Positions 16,946 to 26,038 of a stretch of 62,029 bases of DNA are shown here, piece by piece. How positions within the stretch are numbered: the stretch's first letter is position 1; every line of letters starts with the position of its first letter. The position numbers and the translations under genes were made by a program. This stretch comes from Balneolales bacterium (GTDB taxonomy: Bacteria > Bacteroidota > Rhodothermia > Balneolales > HLUCCA01), in assembly GCA_024711145.1 (NCBI GenBank), contig JANJTJ010000121.1, forward strand, positions 1-62,029. The letters are read 5' to 3'. Below the pieces are notes generated by a model. That model was not told the origin of the DNA. It saw only the letters and a list, made by a program, of their open reading frames with translations, and ran no database searches.

Positions 16946-18145
16946 TCACACCTCGAAGGTCCAACGGAAGACGGCCGTATCCCCTTCATGATCCAGTTCG
17001 AGCCCGATGGAGGCCTGGCGCAGCAGATGCTTTAGCAAGGGGATGGACACCCGCTGGGTGGTTACGGCTCCGGCTTCGATGCCCGCCTTGGCGACGGCGA
17101 ACCCGGGGTCGGCGTAGCGGAGCTCCAGGGCGGGCCCTTCGCCCGAATCGGTGGCCTGCAACCGCATGTCGGCGGCACGGCCACCCAGGCGCTGCAGCAC
17201 CAGGTCCAGCACCAGTTCGAAGGCCTGATAGAGCCGTTCGGGGTCGGTACGCACCACCGGCCAGGTTTCGGGTGCGTGGATGCGCACCGTGTCGGGCACC
17301 AGCATGGCACCGGTCATTTCAGCCCACACCATGCCGGTATCCACATGCACGAATTGGGGCGGGCGGGAGCTCACGGTGGCGAATTCCTCCAACCGGTCCA
17401 ATTGCCGCACCAACTCCTCCGCCCGCGACTTGAGCAATTCCAACGATTCGAGGGCTTCCCCATCCAGACTTTCGGCGAAATCGGTATGCAGCCAGTCGGC
17501 CAGGGTGGCCATGCCGCGGATGGGGGTCCTCAATTCGTTGCTGACCGACTGGAACAGATGGGAAACCTCCCGGTTGCGCTGGTCCAACTGCTGGTTGAGC
17601 AAGCCGATTCTGGCCTCGGCGCTGCGCACCTCGTCGATGTATTTCTTCTGGATCTGGATGGTGCGTTTCTGCTCGATCATGGCCACGGCCTGCTTGCGAA
17701 GCGCATCGAGCATGTCCAACTGTTCGGGCGAGAGCTGCCGCGGTTTGTCGTCGATCACGCACAAGGTTCCCAGACCGTAGCCGTCGTGGGTCATGAGGGG
17801 CGCACCGGCATAGAAACGCACGTTCGGATCGCCCAGGACGAACGGATTGTCCCTGAAACGGGCGTCGTGGGTGGGGTCGTCCACCACGAGGATGTCCGGT
17901 TTGCCCAGGGCATGGGCGCAGAAGGCGTCGCGGCGGTCGGTACCCTCCCCATCCAGGCCTTTTTTGGCTTTGAAATGCTGGCGGTCCTCATCGATCAGGG
18001 TGACCAGGGCCATGGGTGTGCCACAGATATGGGAGGCCAGTTTGACCAGTTCGTCGAACGCCTGATCCGGACCGGATTCGACCAGATCGAGCTGGTGCAG
18101 AAGCTCTACCCGTTCGTGTTCGTTCGATGGAATGGGGATGGTCAT
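16946..18145 (-). CDS. GAF-domain histidine-kinase-like protein with a degenerate catalytic core (pseudokinase)
   Basis: Typical GAF (P.NEHERVELL...FCAHAL...VRFYAGAPL...GTLCVID); H-box reads SNELRTP; N, G1 and G2 boxes not recognisable. Confidence 0.8.
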   Translation of the reverse strand: MTIPIPSNEHERVELLHQLDLVESGPDQAFDELVKLASHICGTPMALVTLIDEDRQHFKAKKGLDGEGTDRRDAFCAHALGKPDILVVDDPTHDARFRDNPFVLGDPNVRFYAGAPLMTHDGYGLGTLCVIDDKPRQLSPEQLDMLDALRKQAVAMIEQKRTIQIQKKYIDEVRSAEARIGLLNQQLDQRNREVSHLFQSVSNELRTPIRGMATLADWLHTDFAESLDGEALESLELLKSRAEELVRQLDRLEEFATVSSRPPQFVHVDTGMVWAEMTGAMLVPDTVRIHAPETWPVVRTDPERLYQAFELVLDLVLQRLGGRAADMRLQATDSGEGPALELRYADPGFAVAKAGIEAGAVTTQRVSIPLLKHLLRQASIGLELDHEGDTAVFRWTFEV

Positions 18146-20547
18146 GTGGTCAACCGTTTGGTGATCATATCCAGCGGATAGAATTCGCCACGCCGCAAGA
18201 GGGCTTGCAACTGACGGTTTTCGGCGGAATCGGGCATGGTGGTCAAATGGTCGGCCAAGATGTCGAATTCCTGTGTCAACAGGAGGTTCCGGACGAGGCC
18301 GGCGTCGGATTCGGGCAGCGACGCGATGAACCCGGCGATGGCGTCGTGGTCGGGTGGTGCGGCTTGGGCGGCCGGTACGGCATCGCCGGCATACCGGTAC
18401 CGGATGCCGGCCAGCCGGCCGATGATGTCCAACAGATACCGTTCCTGGAACGGTTTGCGCACATATTCATCGAACCCGAGCGCGATGAGCTCCTGGTTCT
18501 TGCCGTCGAATCCGCTGGCGGTCAAGGCGATGATGACCACCGGATCGACCGCTTCGGCCCGTATCGCCTTCATGCAGGAAACCCCGTCCAGAACCGGCAT
18601 GACGATATCCATGAGCACGACGGCCGGTTGCAGTTCGCGCCACCGTTCGATGCCTTCGCGCCCGTCGGCGGCTTCGTGTACGTCGAACCCGATGCGCTCG
18701 AGCAAGATGCGCGCCACTTCCCGATTGGGTGCGATATCGTCCACGATGAGGACCACGGGCCGGGCATCGCCTTCGAGTGCGACCGGTTCGGGCAGATGGC
18801 TGTCGGCCCAGGTGGGCTCCTGGTCGGACGGCTGCATGGTGACGGTGGCCGTGAAGACGGAACCTTCACCCACGATGGACTGCACCGAGAGTTCTCCATC
18901 CATCAGATGGGCCAATTTCAACGAGATGGCCAGGCCGAGCCCGGTACCTTCGGAATACCGTCCCTTCACCTGGGCGAACGGTTGGAACAAGTGGTCCAGC
19001 GCATCGGGCGGAATGCCGGGACCCGTGTCGGCCACGTCGAACCGGAGCCGGATGCCCGTTTCGGTTTCGTCGAACGCGAATCGGATGGTGACGGTACCGG
19101 CTTGGGTGAATTTGACCGCGTTGCCCACCAGGTTGATGAGCAATTGCCGCAGTTTCTGGGCGTCGCCATACAAGGCACCGGGCATGGGATCCTGGAATTC
19201 GCTCACCAGACGGATGCCCTTCTCGCGGCACCGCAGGTTGAACATGCTCTGCAGGTCGTGCAGGAGCTCCTGCATGGCGAAATGCGTCGGATTCAGCTCG
19301 ATCTTGCCCGCTTCGATCTTCGACAGGTCCAGGATGTCGTTGATCATGTTGAGCAGGTGGTTGCCGCTGCGGAACATGGTGTCGATGTATCCCTGTTCCT
19401 CCGGCGCCAGGTTGGTGCTTTTCTTCAGGATCTGGGCATAACCCAGCACCGCATTCAACGGGGTGCGCAATTCGTGGCTCACCCGGGCCAGGAAGCCGCT
19501 TTTCGCGTCGCTGGCTTCGATGGCCTTCTGTCGGGCCTCTACCAACTCGTTGATGCGGTAGGCCGCCAGGATCACCCGGTACCCGCCCGAACCGTTGGCC
19601 AACGGATGCATGTGCCAGGAGATGACCGATACGTGGCCGTCACCGAAATCCACATGGTCTTCCGCATTGGAGACGTCCGACCCGCCGCGAACCTGTTCCA
19701 TGCCCGCCTTCAGATGCGTGCACAGGATCGGATGGCATTCGGGAAACGAGGCCCCTATGCGCAGGTCGGCCGCATGCTCGTTGAACTCCTGCTTCCACCG
19801 CCGGCTGAAACTGATGATGCTGCCGTCCGCTTCGAACAGGATGAGCGGTATGGGCGCGTTCCGGATGAATTCCTCCACCTGTGCCCGCTCCGTACGCAAC
19901 TGCGATTCCGCTTTCCGCCGATGGGATATGTCGCGCAGGAGCACGATGCTGATGATGAGCAGCAAGGTGCCGGCCACCATGCTCTGCCAGATCATGATCG
20001 TGGCCGATCGGCGGTAGGTGCGGTCGTACGAACGCAAGCGGTTGTTCAGGGCGGTTGATTCCAGCACCTGGATGCGGGATGCGTAGTTCCGGACCACACC
20101 CATCTCCTCCCGACCCACACCCGATTGGATCAGGGCCAGCGCCGCCTCGCGGCCCTGGCTGTCTCTCAGGTCCAACGACTGCTGCATGAAGTCGATCTTG
20201 TGCCCCACATGCGCTTCGAGCGAGTCGGCCAATTCCCGGATGTGGGTCTCCATGGCCACCTGGCTCAACAGGGCCAGGTCCTTTTCCACCTGGACGGCTC
20301 CCGACCGGTACCCCTCGAGGAATTCGGGATTGCCCGTCACCGCATAGCCCCTCTGGTCCGATTCCATGCGGGTCAGGGCGGATTGTAACGATTTGAGGGC
20401 ATCCACCACGCCTTGTGTGGTGGTCACATCCCGGAAGGCGGTTTCCAAACGGGACGAGCCCGTGTAATTGGCCCACGCACTGAACCCCAATACCAGCAGA
20501 GCGGCAAAGAGGCCCAGCTTGACCCGAACGTCAGTGATTGGTTTCAT
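18142..20547 (-). CDS. Membrane hybrid histidine kinase: CHASE3, PAS, HisKA, HATPase, REC, helical tail
   Basis: TM-CHASE3 ([20 protein letters not shown])-TM; [29 protein letters not shown]; IVDD...MDIVMP...KPF; start MKPITD at 20547. Confidence 0.9.
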   Translation of the reverse strand: [801 protein letters not shown]

Positions 20548-21034
20548 CCATGTGTACTTGAACCGGAATATACCGGTCGTACACGACCACATCGAATCCG
20601 TCGCGGAGTTCTCTGCCTACCAACCGCCAAACCGACCCGACCTGGGCCCGGTAGTCCGGAAAACGGGTGTCGCCGGGATGCGAACCGGGTATTTCGGATA
20701 TGATCATGCGGTCGACCCGGGGCAACAAGGCTTCATACAGTCGCGCACCCCCGATGAGGCACACCTCCTCATGGTCCTTGAGGTGATCCAAGGCCTCTTC
20801 GGGCGTGGGAAAGGTGGCTACCCCCGGCTGCGGACTGGAAGAAACCACCACATTCAACCGGCCGGGCAAGGGGGTGCAGCCGATCTCCTGCCAGGTTTTC
20901 CGCCCCATGAGTACCGGTTTGCCCATGGTCACCGCTTTGAAATGCTTCAGGTCTCCGGGTATGCGCCAGGGCAGGGTCCCATCCTTACCGATCACCAGGT
21001 CCTCGTCGTGGGCCACCACCAGGGTGAGCCTCAT
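20531..21034 (-). CDS. folA: Dihydrofolate reductase
   Basis: LVVAHD...VIGKDGTLPW...DLKHFK...MGRKTW...LPGRLNVV...IGG...GDTRFP; ATGA overlap with thyA. Confidence 0.95.
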   Translation of the reverse strand: MRLTLVVAHDEDLVIGKDGTLPWRIPGDLKHFKAVTMGKPVLMGRKTWQEIGCTPLPGRLNVVVSSSPQPGVATFPTPEEALDHLKDHEEVCLIGGARLYEALLPRVDRMIISEIPGSHPGDTRFPDYRAQVGSVWRLVGRELRDGFDVVVYDRYIPVQVHMDETNH

Positions 21035-21843
21035 ACCGCGACCTCGAAGCGGATGCCGGGATGCGGATCGTACCCGTCGAGCACGAAATCTTCCAATGTG
21101 AGGGCATCCAACGGTTTGCGGGCGATGGTGAGCCTGGGCAAGGGGCGGATGTCGCGCTCCAATTGCGCTTTCAAGCCGTCCACATGGTTCACATAGATAT
21201 GGGCGTCCACGATGGTGTGGGCGAACACGCCGGGCTCCAAGCCCACTTCCTGGGCAATGGCCATGGTGAGGGCCGAATAACAGGCCAGATTGAACGGTAT
21301 GCCCAGGGCGATGTCGCCCGAGCGCTGGGTGAGGTGGCAATGCAGGCGCCCGTTGCTCACGTTGAAGATGAACATGAGGTGGCAGGGAGGCAACGCCATG
21401 CGGTGCAGCAGGCCCGGATGCCAGGTATTGACCACGATGCGGCGGCTGTGCGGATCGGTCCTGAGCAGGTGGATGGCGTTCTTGAGCTGGTCGATGCGGG
21501 GCACGTCCCCATCGCCGGCATAGGGGTCGCCCATGGGCCAGTTGCGCCACAAGACGGGATAAATGGGCCCCACGAAACCGTCTTCCTTGGCCCAGGCATC
21601 CCAGATATGGCAATCGTTCTCGTCGCGCAGCCAACGGATGTGGTCTTCACCCCTCAGGTACCAGAGCATTTCCAGGATCACCGATCGGAATTGCACTTTT
21701 TTGGTGGTGAGCAGGGGAAACCCCTCCGCCAGATCCACTTTGTAGTGCTCGGCGAAGGAACTGATGGTGTCGGTACCGGTACGGTTGGCCTTGCGGACTC
21801 CGTTCTCCAGCACATTCCGGACCAGGTCGTGGTACACGCGCAT
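21031..21843 (-). CDS. thyA: Thymidylate synthase
   Basis: RTGT, FPLLTTKK, LPPCH, QRSGD, PFN, DAHIY motifs; start MRVYHDLV at 21843. Confidence 0.97.
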   Translation of the reverse strand: MRVYHDLVRNVLENGVRKANRTGTDTISSFAEHYKVDLAEGFPLLTTKKVQFRSVILEMLWYLRGEDHIRWLRDENDCHIWDAWAKEDGFVGPIYPVLWRNWPMGDPYAGDGDVPRIDQLKNAIHLLRTDPHSRRIVVNTWHPGLLHRMALPPCHLMFIFNVSNGRLHCHLTQRSGDIALGIPFNLACYSALTMAIAQEVGLEPGVFAHTIVDAHIYVNHVDGLKAQLERDIRPLPRLTIARKPLDALTLEDFVLDGYDPHPGIRFEVAV

Positions 21844-21851
21844 GGCAGGGC

Positions 21852-22913
21852 TCAGATCAGATGGCACCAGCCACCCGGATCGGGCGCCAGGCCGTGGTGG
21901 ATGTCGGTGATGGCTTTGTGGAAACGTGCGGCTACCGGACCCATGCGGTCGTGGTCCAGGTCCAGGGTGCGGCCCGCATGATGGATGTGCCCGATGGGCG
22001 ACACGACGGCCGCCGTGCCGGTGGCGAAGGCTTCGGATAGGGCACCGCTGCGGCCGGCTTCGAGCACTTCGTCGATGGAAATGGGCCGTTCTACCACGGG
22101 CATGTCCCAAGCGCGGGCCAGCTCCAGGGTGCTGTGGCGGGTTACGCCGGCCAGGATGGTGTCGCCCAGGGGCGGAGTGACCAGCAAGCCGTCGATCACG
22201 AAGAAGATGTTGGAGGTTCCCACTTCCTCCACCCAACGCCGTTCGGTGGCGTCCAACCAGAGTACCTGGGTGTACCCCAGGGCCATGGCTTTCTGGCTGG
22301 GCATCATGGCGATGGCGTAGTTGGCCAAGGTTTTGGCACTGCCGGTGCCGCCGGGCATGCTTCGTGCGTTTTCGGGCATGGTGGTCAGTTTCACCGGCCG
22401 TACACCCTCCGAATAGTAATCGCCCACCGGTCCGCCCATCATGTAGTACCGGTAGCGGCGGGCAGGCCTCACTCCCAGCACCTGCTCCGTGGCGATCATG
22501 AACGGCCGCATGTAGTAGGATTTGTAGGTGGCTTTCGGCACCCAGGCCGCATCCTGCTTCAGCACGCCCTCGATCGAGGCATACCAGTCCGCTTCGGCCA
22601 AAGGCGGCATGTGCATGCGCTCGGCCGAGCGCACGAACCGGCGGTAGTGCAGGTCGGGCCGGAAGACATTGATGCGCCCATCCGCATACCGGAAGGCTTT
22701 CAGGCCTTCGAATATGCCCTGCCCGTAGTGGAAAATGCTGGCCGCGGGCGTGAGCGAGATCTCACCGAAGGGTTTGATGAGGCCCTCGCCCCAGGCTCCG
22801 TCCGCATACAGTTGTTCGGCCATGTGGTCGGAAAACACCTCGCCGAAACGAAGCCGGTCGAAATCGACCGAACCGATCCGGGACCGGTCGGCGATGTGAA
22901 GCTGGTAACCCAT
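21852..22913 (-). CDS. ilvE: Branched-chain amino acid aminotransferase
   Basis: FHYGQGIFEGLKA, AKTLANY, EEVGTSN, ILAGVTR, GTAAVVSP. Confidence 0.95.
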   Translation of the reverse strand: MGYQLHIADRSRIGSVDFDRLRFGEVFSDHMAEQLYADGAWGEGLIKPFGEISLTPAASIFHYGQGIFEGLKAFRYADGRINVFRPDLHYRRFVRSAERMHMPPLAEADWYASIEGVLKQDAAWVPKATYKSYYMRPFMIATEQVLGVRPARRYRYYMMGGPVGDYYSEGVRPVKLTTMPENARSMPGGTGSAKTLANYAIAMMPSQKAMALGYTQVLWLDATERRWVEEVGTSNIFFVIDGLLVTPPLGDTILAGVTRHSTLELARAWDMPVVERPISIDEVLEAGRSGALSEAFATGTAAVVSPIGHIHHAGRTLDLDHDRMGPVAARFHKAITDIHHGLAPDPGGWCHLI

Positions 22914-22928
22914 GGTTGCTATCTGGTA

Positions 22929-23672
22929 TCAAACGTTTCCGAGCAGTTGCCAGGCCATCTCGGCGGCCCGCTGCTCGGCTTTCTTCTTGCTCTTGCCGGT
23001 TCCGGTGCCCCGGACCTCATTCGCAATCACAACCTCGACGGTATAGTTCCGCTCATGGTCGGGCCCTTCGATCCGTGCCACACGGTACGACGGTGCTCCC
23101 AATTTCCGGGCTTGGGCGTACTCGAGCAAGAGACTTTTGAAATTGTCGCGCTCGTCTTCCATCTGGCGGAAATCGATCTCTCGGGATATGACCCGGTCGA
23201 CGAAGGTGAAGGCGGCATTGAAGCCGCGGTCGCGGTACAAGGCTCCGATGAGGGCTTCGAACACATCCGACAGGGCGTTCACGCTGGTTTCGATGCCCTG
23301 GTCGCGCACGCGGTCGCCCACTTCCATGGCATCGTGCAGGCCCAGGCGCTCGGCCAGCTCGGCCAGGGTTTCGGCCCGCACGATCCGCGAACGCATCTGC
23401 GTCATGAAGCCTTCGTCTTTGTCGGGGTAGCGGGCGAAAATCATCTCCCCTACGATCAGATCGAGTACGGCATCGCCCAGGAACTCCAACTGCTCGTAAC
23501 TCTCGTGGTCCTTCAGGTTGCTTTCGGCCAGTTTGGACCGATGCCTCAGGGCCCGGAAATACAGCACGGGTTCCACCATGCGGAACCCGGTAAGCGCTTC
23601 GATCTGACGGATGCGGCGGCGGGTACGGGGGTCCAAGCCCCGTTTGGCGAACCAGGCCCGAACAAGGGCCAT
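22929..23672 (-). CDS. rnc: Ribonuclease III
   Basis: YEQLEFLGDAVL signature, SDVFEALIGA, C-terminal dsRBD (NFKSLLLE...GPDH...SKKKAEQRAA). Confidence 0.97.
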   Translation of the reverse strand: MALVRAWFAKRGLDPRTRRRIRQIEALTGFRMVEPVLYFRALRHRSKLAESNLKDHESYEQLEFLGDAVLDLIVGEMIFARYPDKDEGFMTQMRSRIVRAETLAELAERLGLHDAMEVGDRVRDQGIETSVNALSDVFEALIGALYRDRGFNAAFTFVDRVISREIDFRQMEDERDNFKSLLLEYAQARKLGAPSYRVARIEGPDHERNYTVEVVIANEVRGTGTGKSKKKAEQRAAEMAWQLLGNV

Positions 23673-23682
23673 CAACCCTGCT

Positions 23683-24927
23683 TCAGCCTTCAAATGCCTT
23701 GAAAACGACCGATGTGTTGTGCCCGCCGAAGCCGAACGCATTGTTCATGGCGTACTTCATCTTCCGGTCTTGGGCTTGGTTGAACGTGTAGTTCAGGTCG
23801 CAACCGGGATCGGGCGTGGTGAAGTTGATGGTGGGTGGTACCAGGGCATGGTACAAGGCCAGGATGGTGGCGACCGACTCGGCCGCACCGGCGGCGCCCA
23901 GCATGTGGCCCGTCATCGACTTGGTCGAGTTCAGGTTCAGCTTGTAGGCGTGGTCGCCGAACACCTTCTTGATGGCGTTGGTTTCGGCCACATCGCCCAA
24001 GGGCGTGGACGTACCATGCATGTTGATGTGCCCGATGTCTTCGGGACGGATGCCGGCGGCCTTGAGGGCCTCGGTCATGGCCAGGGTAACCCCGTTGCCG
24101 TCCGGATCGGGAGCGGTGATATGGTAGGCGTCGGCCGAGAACCCGTACCCAACGATTTCGCAATAGATGCGGGCACCGCGGGCAACGGCATGTTCATAGG
24201 GTTCCAGGAACAGCATGCCGGCCCCTTCGCCCAGCACGAAGCCGTCGCGTTGGGCGTCGAACGGCCGCGAGGCGTGCTCGTGGTCGTCGTTCCGGGTGCT
24301 CATGGCTTTCATGGCGTTGAAACCGGCCACACCCATTTCGAAAACGGGTGCTTCGGTGCCGCCGCACACGGCGAAATCGGCCGTGCCGTAGCGGATGGCG
24401 TCAAACGCCAGGCCGATGTTGTGCGAACCGGTGGCGCAAGCCGACACGGCGCAGAAGTTGGGGCCGCGGAACCCGTGTTTGATGGACACCTGCCCTGCGG
24501 CGATGTCCGGTATCAGCATGGGAATGAAGAACGGGGACACGCCGCGCGGTCCCCGTTTGTCCAATTCCAGACATTGACGGAAAAAGACCTCGAACCCACC
24601 GATCCCCGTGCCGATCATCACCGCCACCCGGTTGCGGTCGATCGCATCCAGGTTGATGGCGCTGTCGGCCAACGCTTCGTCGGCGGCTACAATGGCATAT
24701 TGGGTGAACTTGTCCATGCGTCGGGCTTCCTTCGCATCGAAATAGTCCTCCGCCTTGTAGCCGTCAATCTGACCGGCGAATTTCGTGGCGTACTGGGACA
24801 CATCGAAATGGGTGATGGGGCGCACGCCGTTGCGGCCGTGCGAAAGCCCATCCCAGAACTCGCCCAGGTTTTTGCCCACGGGTGCCAACGCACCCATTCC
24901 GGTCACAACGACGCGTCTCGGGGTCAT
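23683..24927 (-). CDS. fabF: 3-oxoacyl-ACP synthase II
   Basis: RRVVVTGMG, SACATG, HGTST, GHMLGAAG, NAFGFGGHN. Confidence 0.97.
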   Translation of the reverse strand: MTPRRVVVTGMGALAPVGKNLGEFWDGLSHGRNGVRPITHFDVSQYATKFAGQIDGYKAEDYFDAKEARRMDKFTQYAIVAADEALADSAINLDAIDRNRVAVMIGTGIGGFEVFFRQCLELDKRGPRGVSPFFIPMLIPDIAAGQVSIKHGFRGPNFCAVSACATGSHNIGLAFDAIRYGTADFAVCGGTEAPVFEMGVAGFNAMKAMSTRNDDHEHASRPFDAQRDGFVLGEGAGMLFLEPYEHAVARGARIYCEIVGYGFSADAYHITAPDPDGNGVTLAMTEALKAAGIRPEDIGHINMHGTSTPLGDVAETNAIKKVFGDHAYKLNLNSTKSMTGHMLGAAGAAESVATILALYHALVPPTINFTTPDPGCDLNYTFNQAQDRKMKYAMNNAFGFGGHNTSVVFKAFEG

Positions 24928-24932
24928 GCGGA

Positions 24933-25172
24933 TCAGCCCAGTTTGCCGGTCACGTAATCGATGGCGGCACCTACGGTGGAGATGCTCTCGGCATCTTCGT
25001 CGGGGATGCTCACACCGAACTCTTTCTCAAGTTCCATGATCAGCTCGACGGTATCGAGCGAGTCTGCGCCAAGGTCGTTGGTGAAGCTGGCTTCGGGCGT
25101 CACCATGCTTTCGTCCACGCCGAGTTTGTCGACGATGATGGCTTTTACTTTGGCGGTGATATCAGTGGCCAT
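24933..25172 (-). CDS. acpP: Acyl carrier protein
   Basis: [20 protein letters not shown]; start [10 protein letters not shown] at 25172. Confidence 0.98.
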   Translation of the reverse strand: MATDITAKVKAIIVDKLGVDESMVTPEASFTNDLGADSLDTVELIMELEKEFGVSIPDEDAESISTVGAAIDYVTGKLG

Positions 25173-25275
25173 GCGTTGTTTCCCTAAGGATTTGGATTGG
25201 ATGAAGAAAAGATGGTGAGAAAACGGGAAGCCCAAAAATAGGGATTGCGCCCCCCCTTTCCAACGGAGTGGGGGG

Positions 25276-26025
25276 TCACATGACCATCCCGCCGTCGACG
25301 TGGAGCACCACGCCGGTGATGTAACGGGCTTCGTCGGATGCCAGGAAGTGAACGGCGGCGGCAACGTCATCGGTCTCTCCGGCACGGCCGAGCGGTATTC
25401 CGGCGGTGATGGCGGCCAAGGTGGCCTCGGGCAACTTGTCGGTCATGTCCGATTTGATGTACCCCGGCGCCACCACGTTCACCCGCACGCTGCGCGATCC
25501 CAGCTCTTTGGCCAACGACTTGGTGAAACCGATCATGCCGGCTTTGGAGGCCGAGTAGTTCGTCTGGCCGGCGTTTCCGTTCACCCCGACGATGGATCCG
25601 ATGTTGATCATGGACCCGCTGCGCTGTTTCATCATGGGTTTGACGGCGGCCTTGCTATAGTTGAAGACACTCTTCAGGTTGGTGTCGATCACGTCGTCCC
25701 ACTGCTGCTCACCCATGCGCAGGATGAGGGTGTCTTGCGTGATGCCGGCGTTGTTGACCAGGATGTCCAACCGGCCCCATTCGGCCACGATGGCGGTGAT
25801 GACGGCCTCGGCGCGGGCGCCGTCCACGGCGTCGGCCTGGAAGGTGAGGGCTTTGCGGCCCATGGCCTCCACGGCCTGCTTCACTTCCAGGGCGGCGGCT
25901 TCGCTGCGTGCGTAGGTGATGGCCACATCGGCACCGGCTTCGGCCAGATGCAGGGCGATGGCCCGACCGATTCCACGGCCGGCACCGGTCACCAGGGCGG
26001 TTTTTCCAGCAAGAGAGAAGGACAT
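25276..26025 (-). CDS. fabG: 3-oxoacyl-ACP reductase
   Basis: [30 protein letters not shown]. Confidence 0.97.
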   Translation of the reverse strand: MSFSLAGKTALVTGAGRGIGRAIALHLAEAGADVAITYARSEAAALEVKQAVEAMGRKALTFQADAVDGARAEAVITAIVAEWGRLDILVNNAGITQDTLILRMGEQQWDDVIDTNLKSVFNYSKAAVKPMMKQRSGSMINIGSIVGVNGNAGQTNYSASKAGMIGFTKSLAKELGSRSVRVNVVAPGYIKSDMTDKLPEATLAAITAGIPLGRAGETDDVAAAVHFLASDEARYITGVVLHVDGGMVM

Positions 26026-26038
26026 GTTGACTCCGATA

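Noticed and set aside
20531-21843. 367-aa ORF suggesting an N-terminally extended DHFR or a frameshifted ThyA-FolA fusion
   Set aside because: DHFR homology starts only at ATG 21034, which overlaps the thyA stop (ATGA coupling); the upstream 200 codons are an alternate frame of thyA, and I saw no slippery site.
25247-25275. C-rich/G-rich hairpin between fabG and acpP as a terminator
   Set aside because: Imperfect stem and no U-tract on the coding strand; may be a processing or stabilising hairpin, but it is unsupported.
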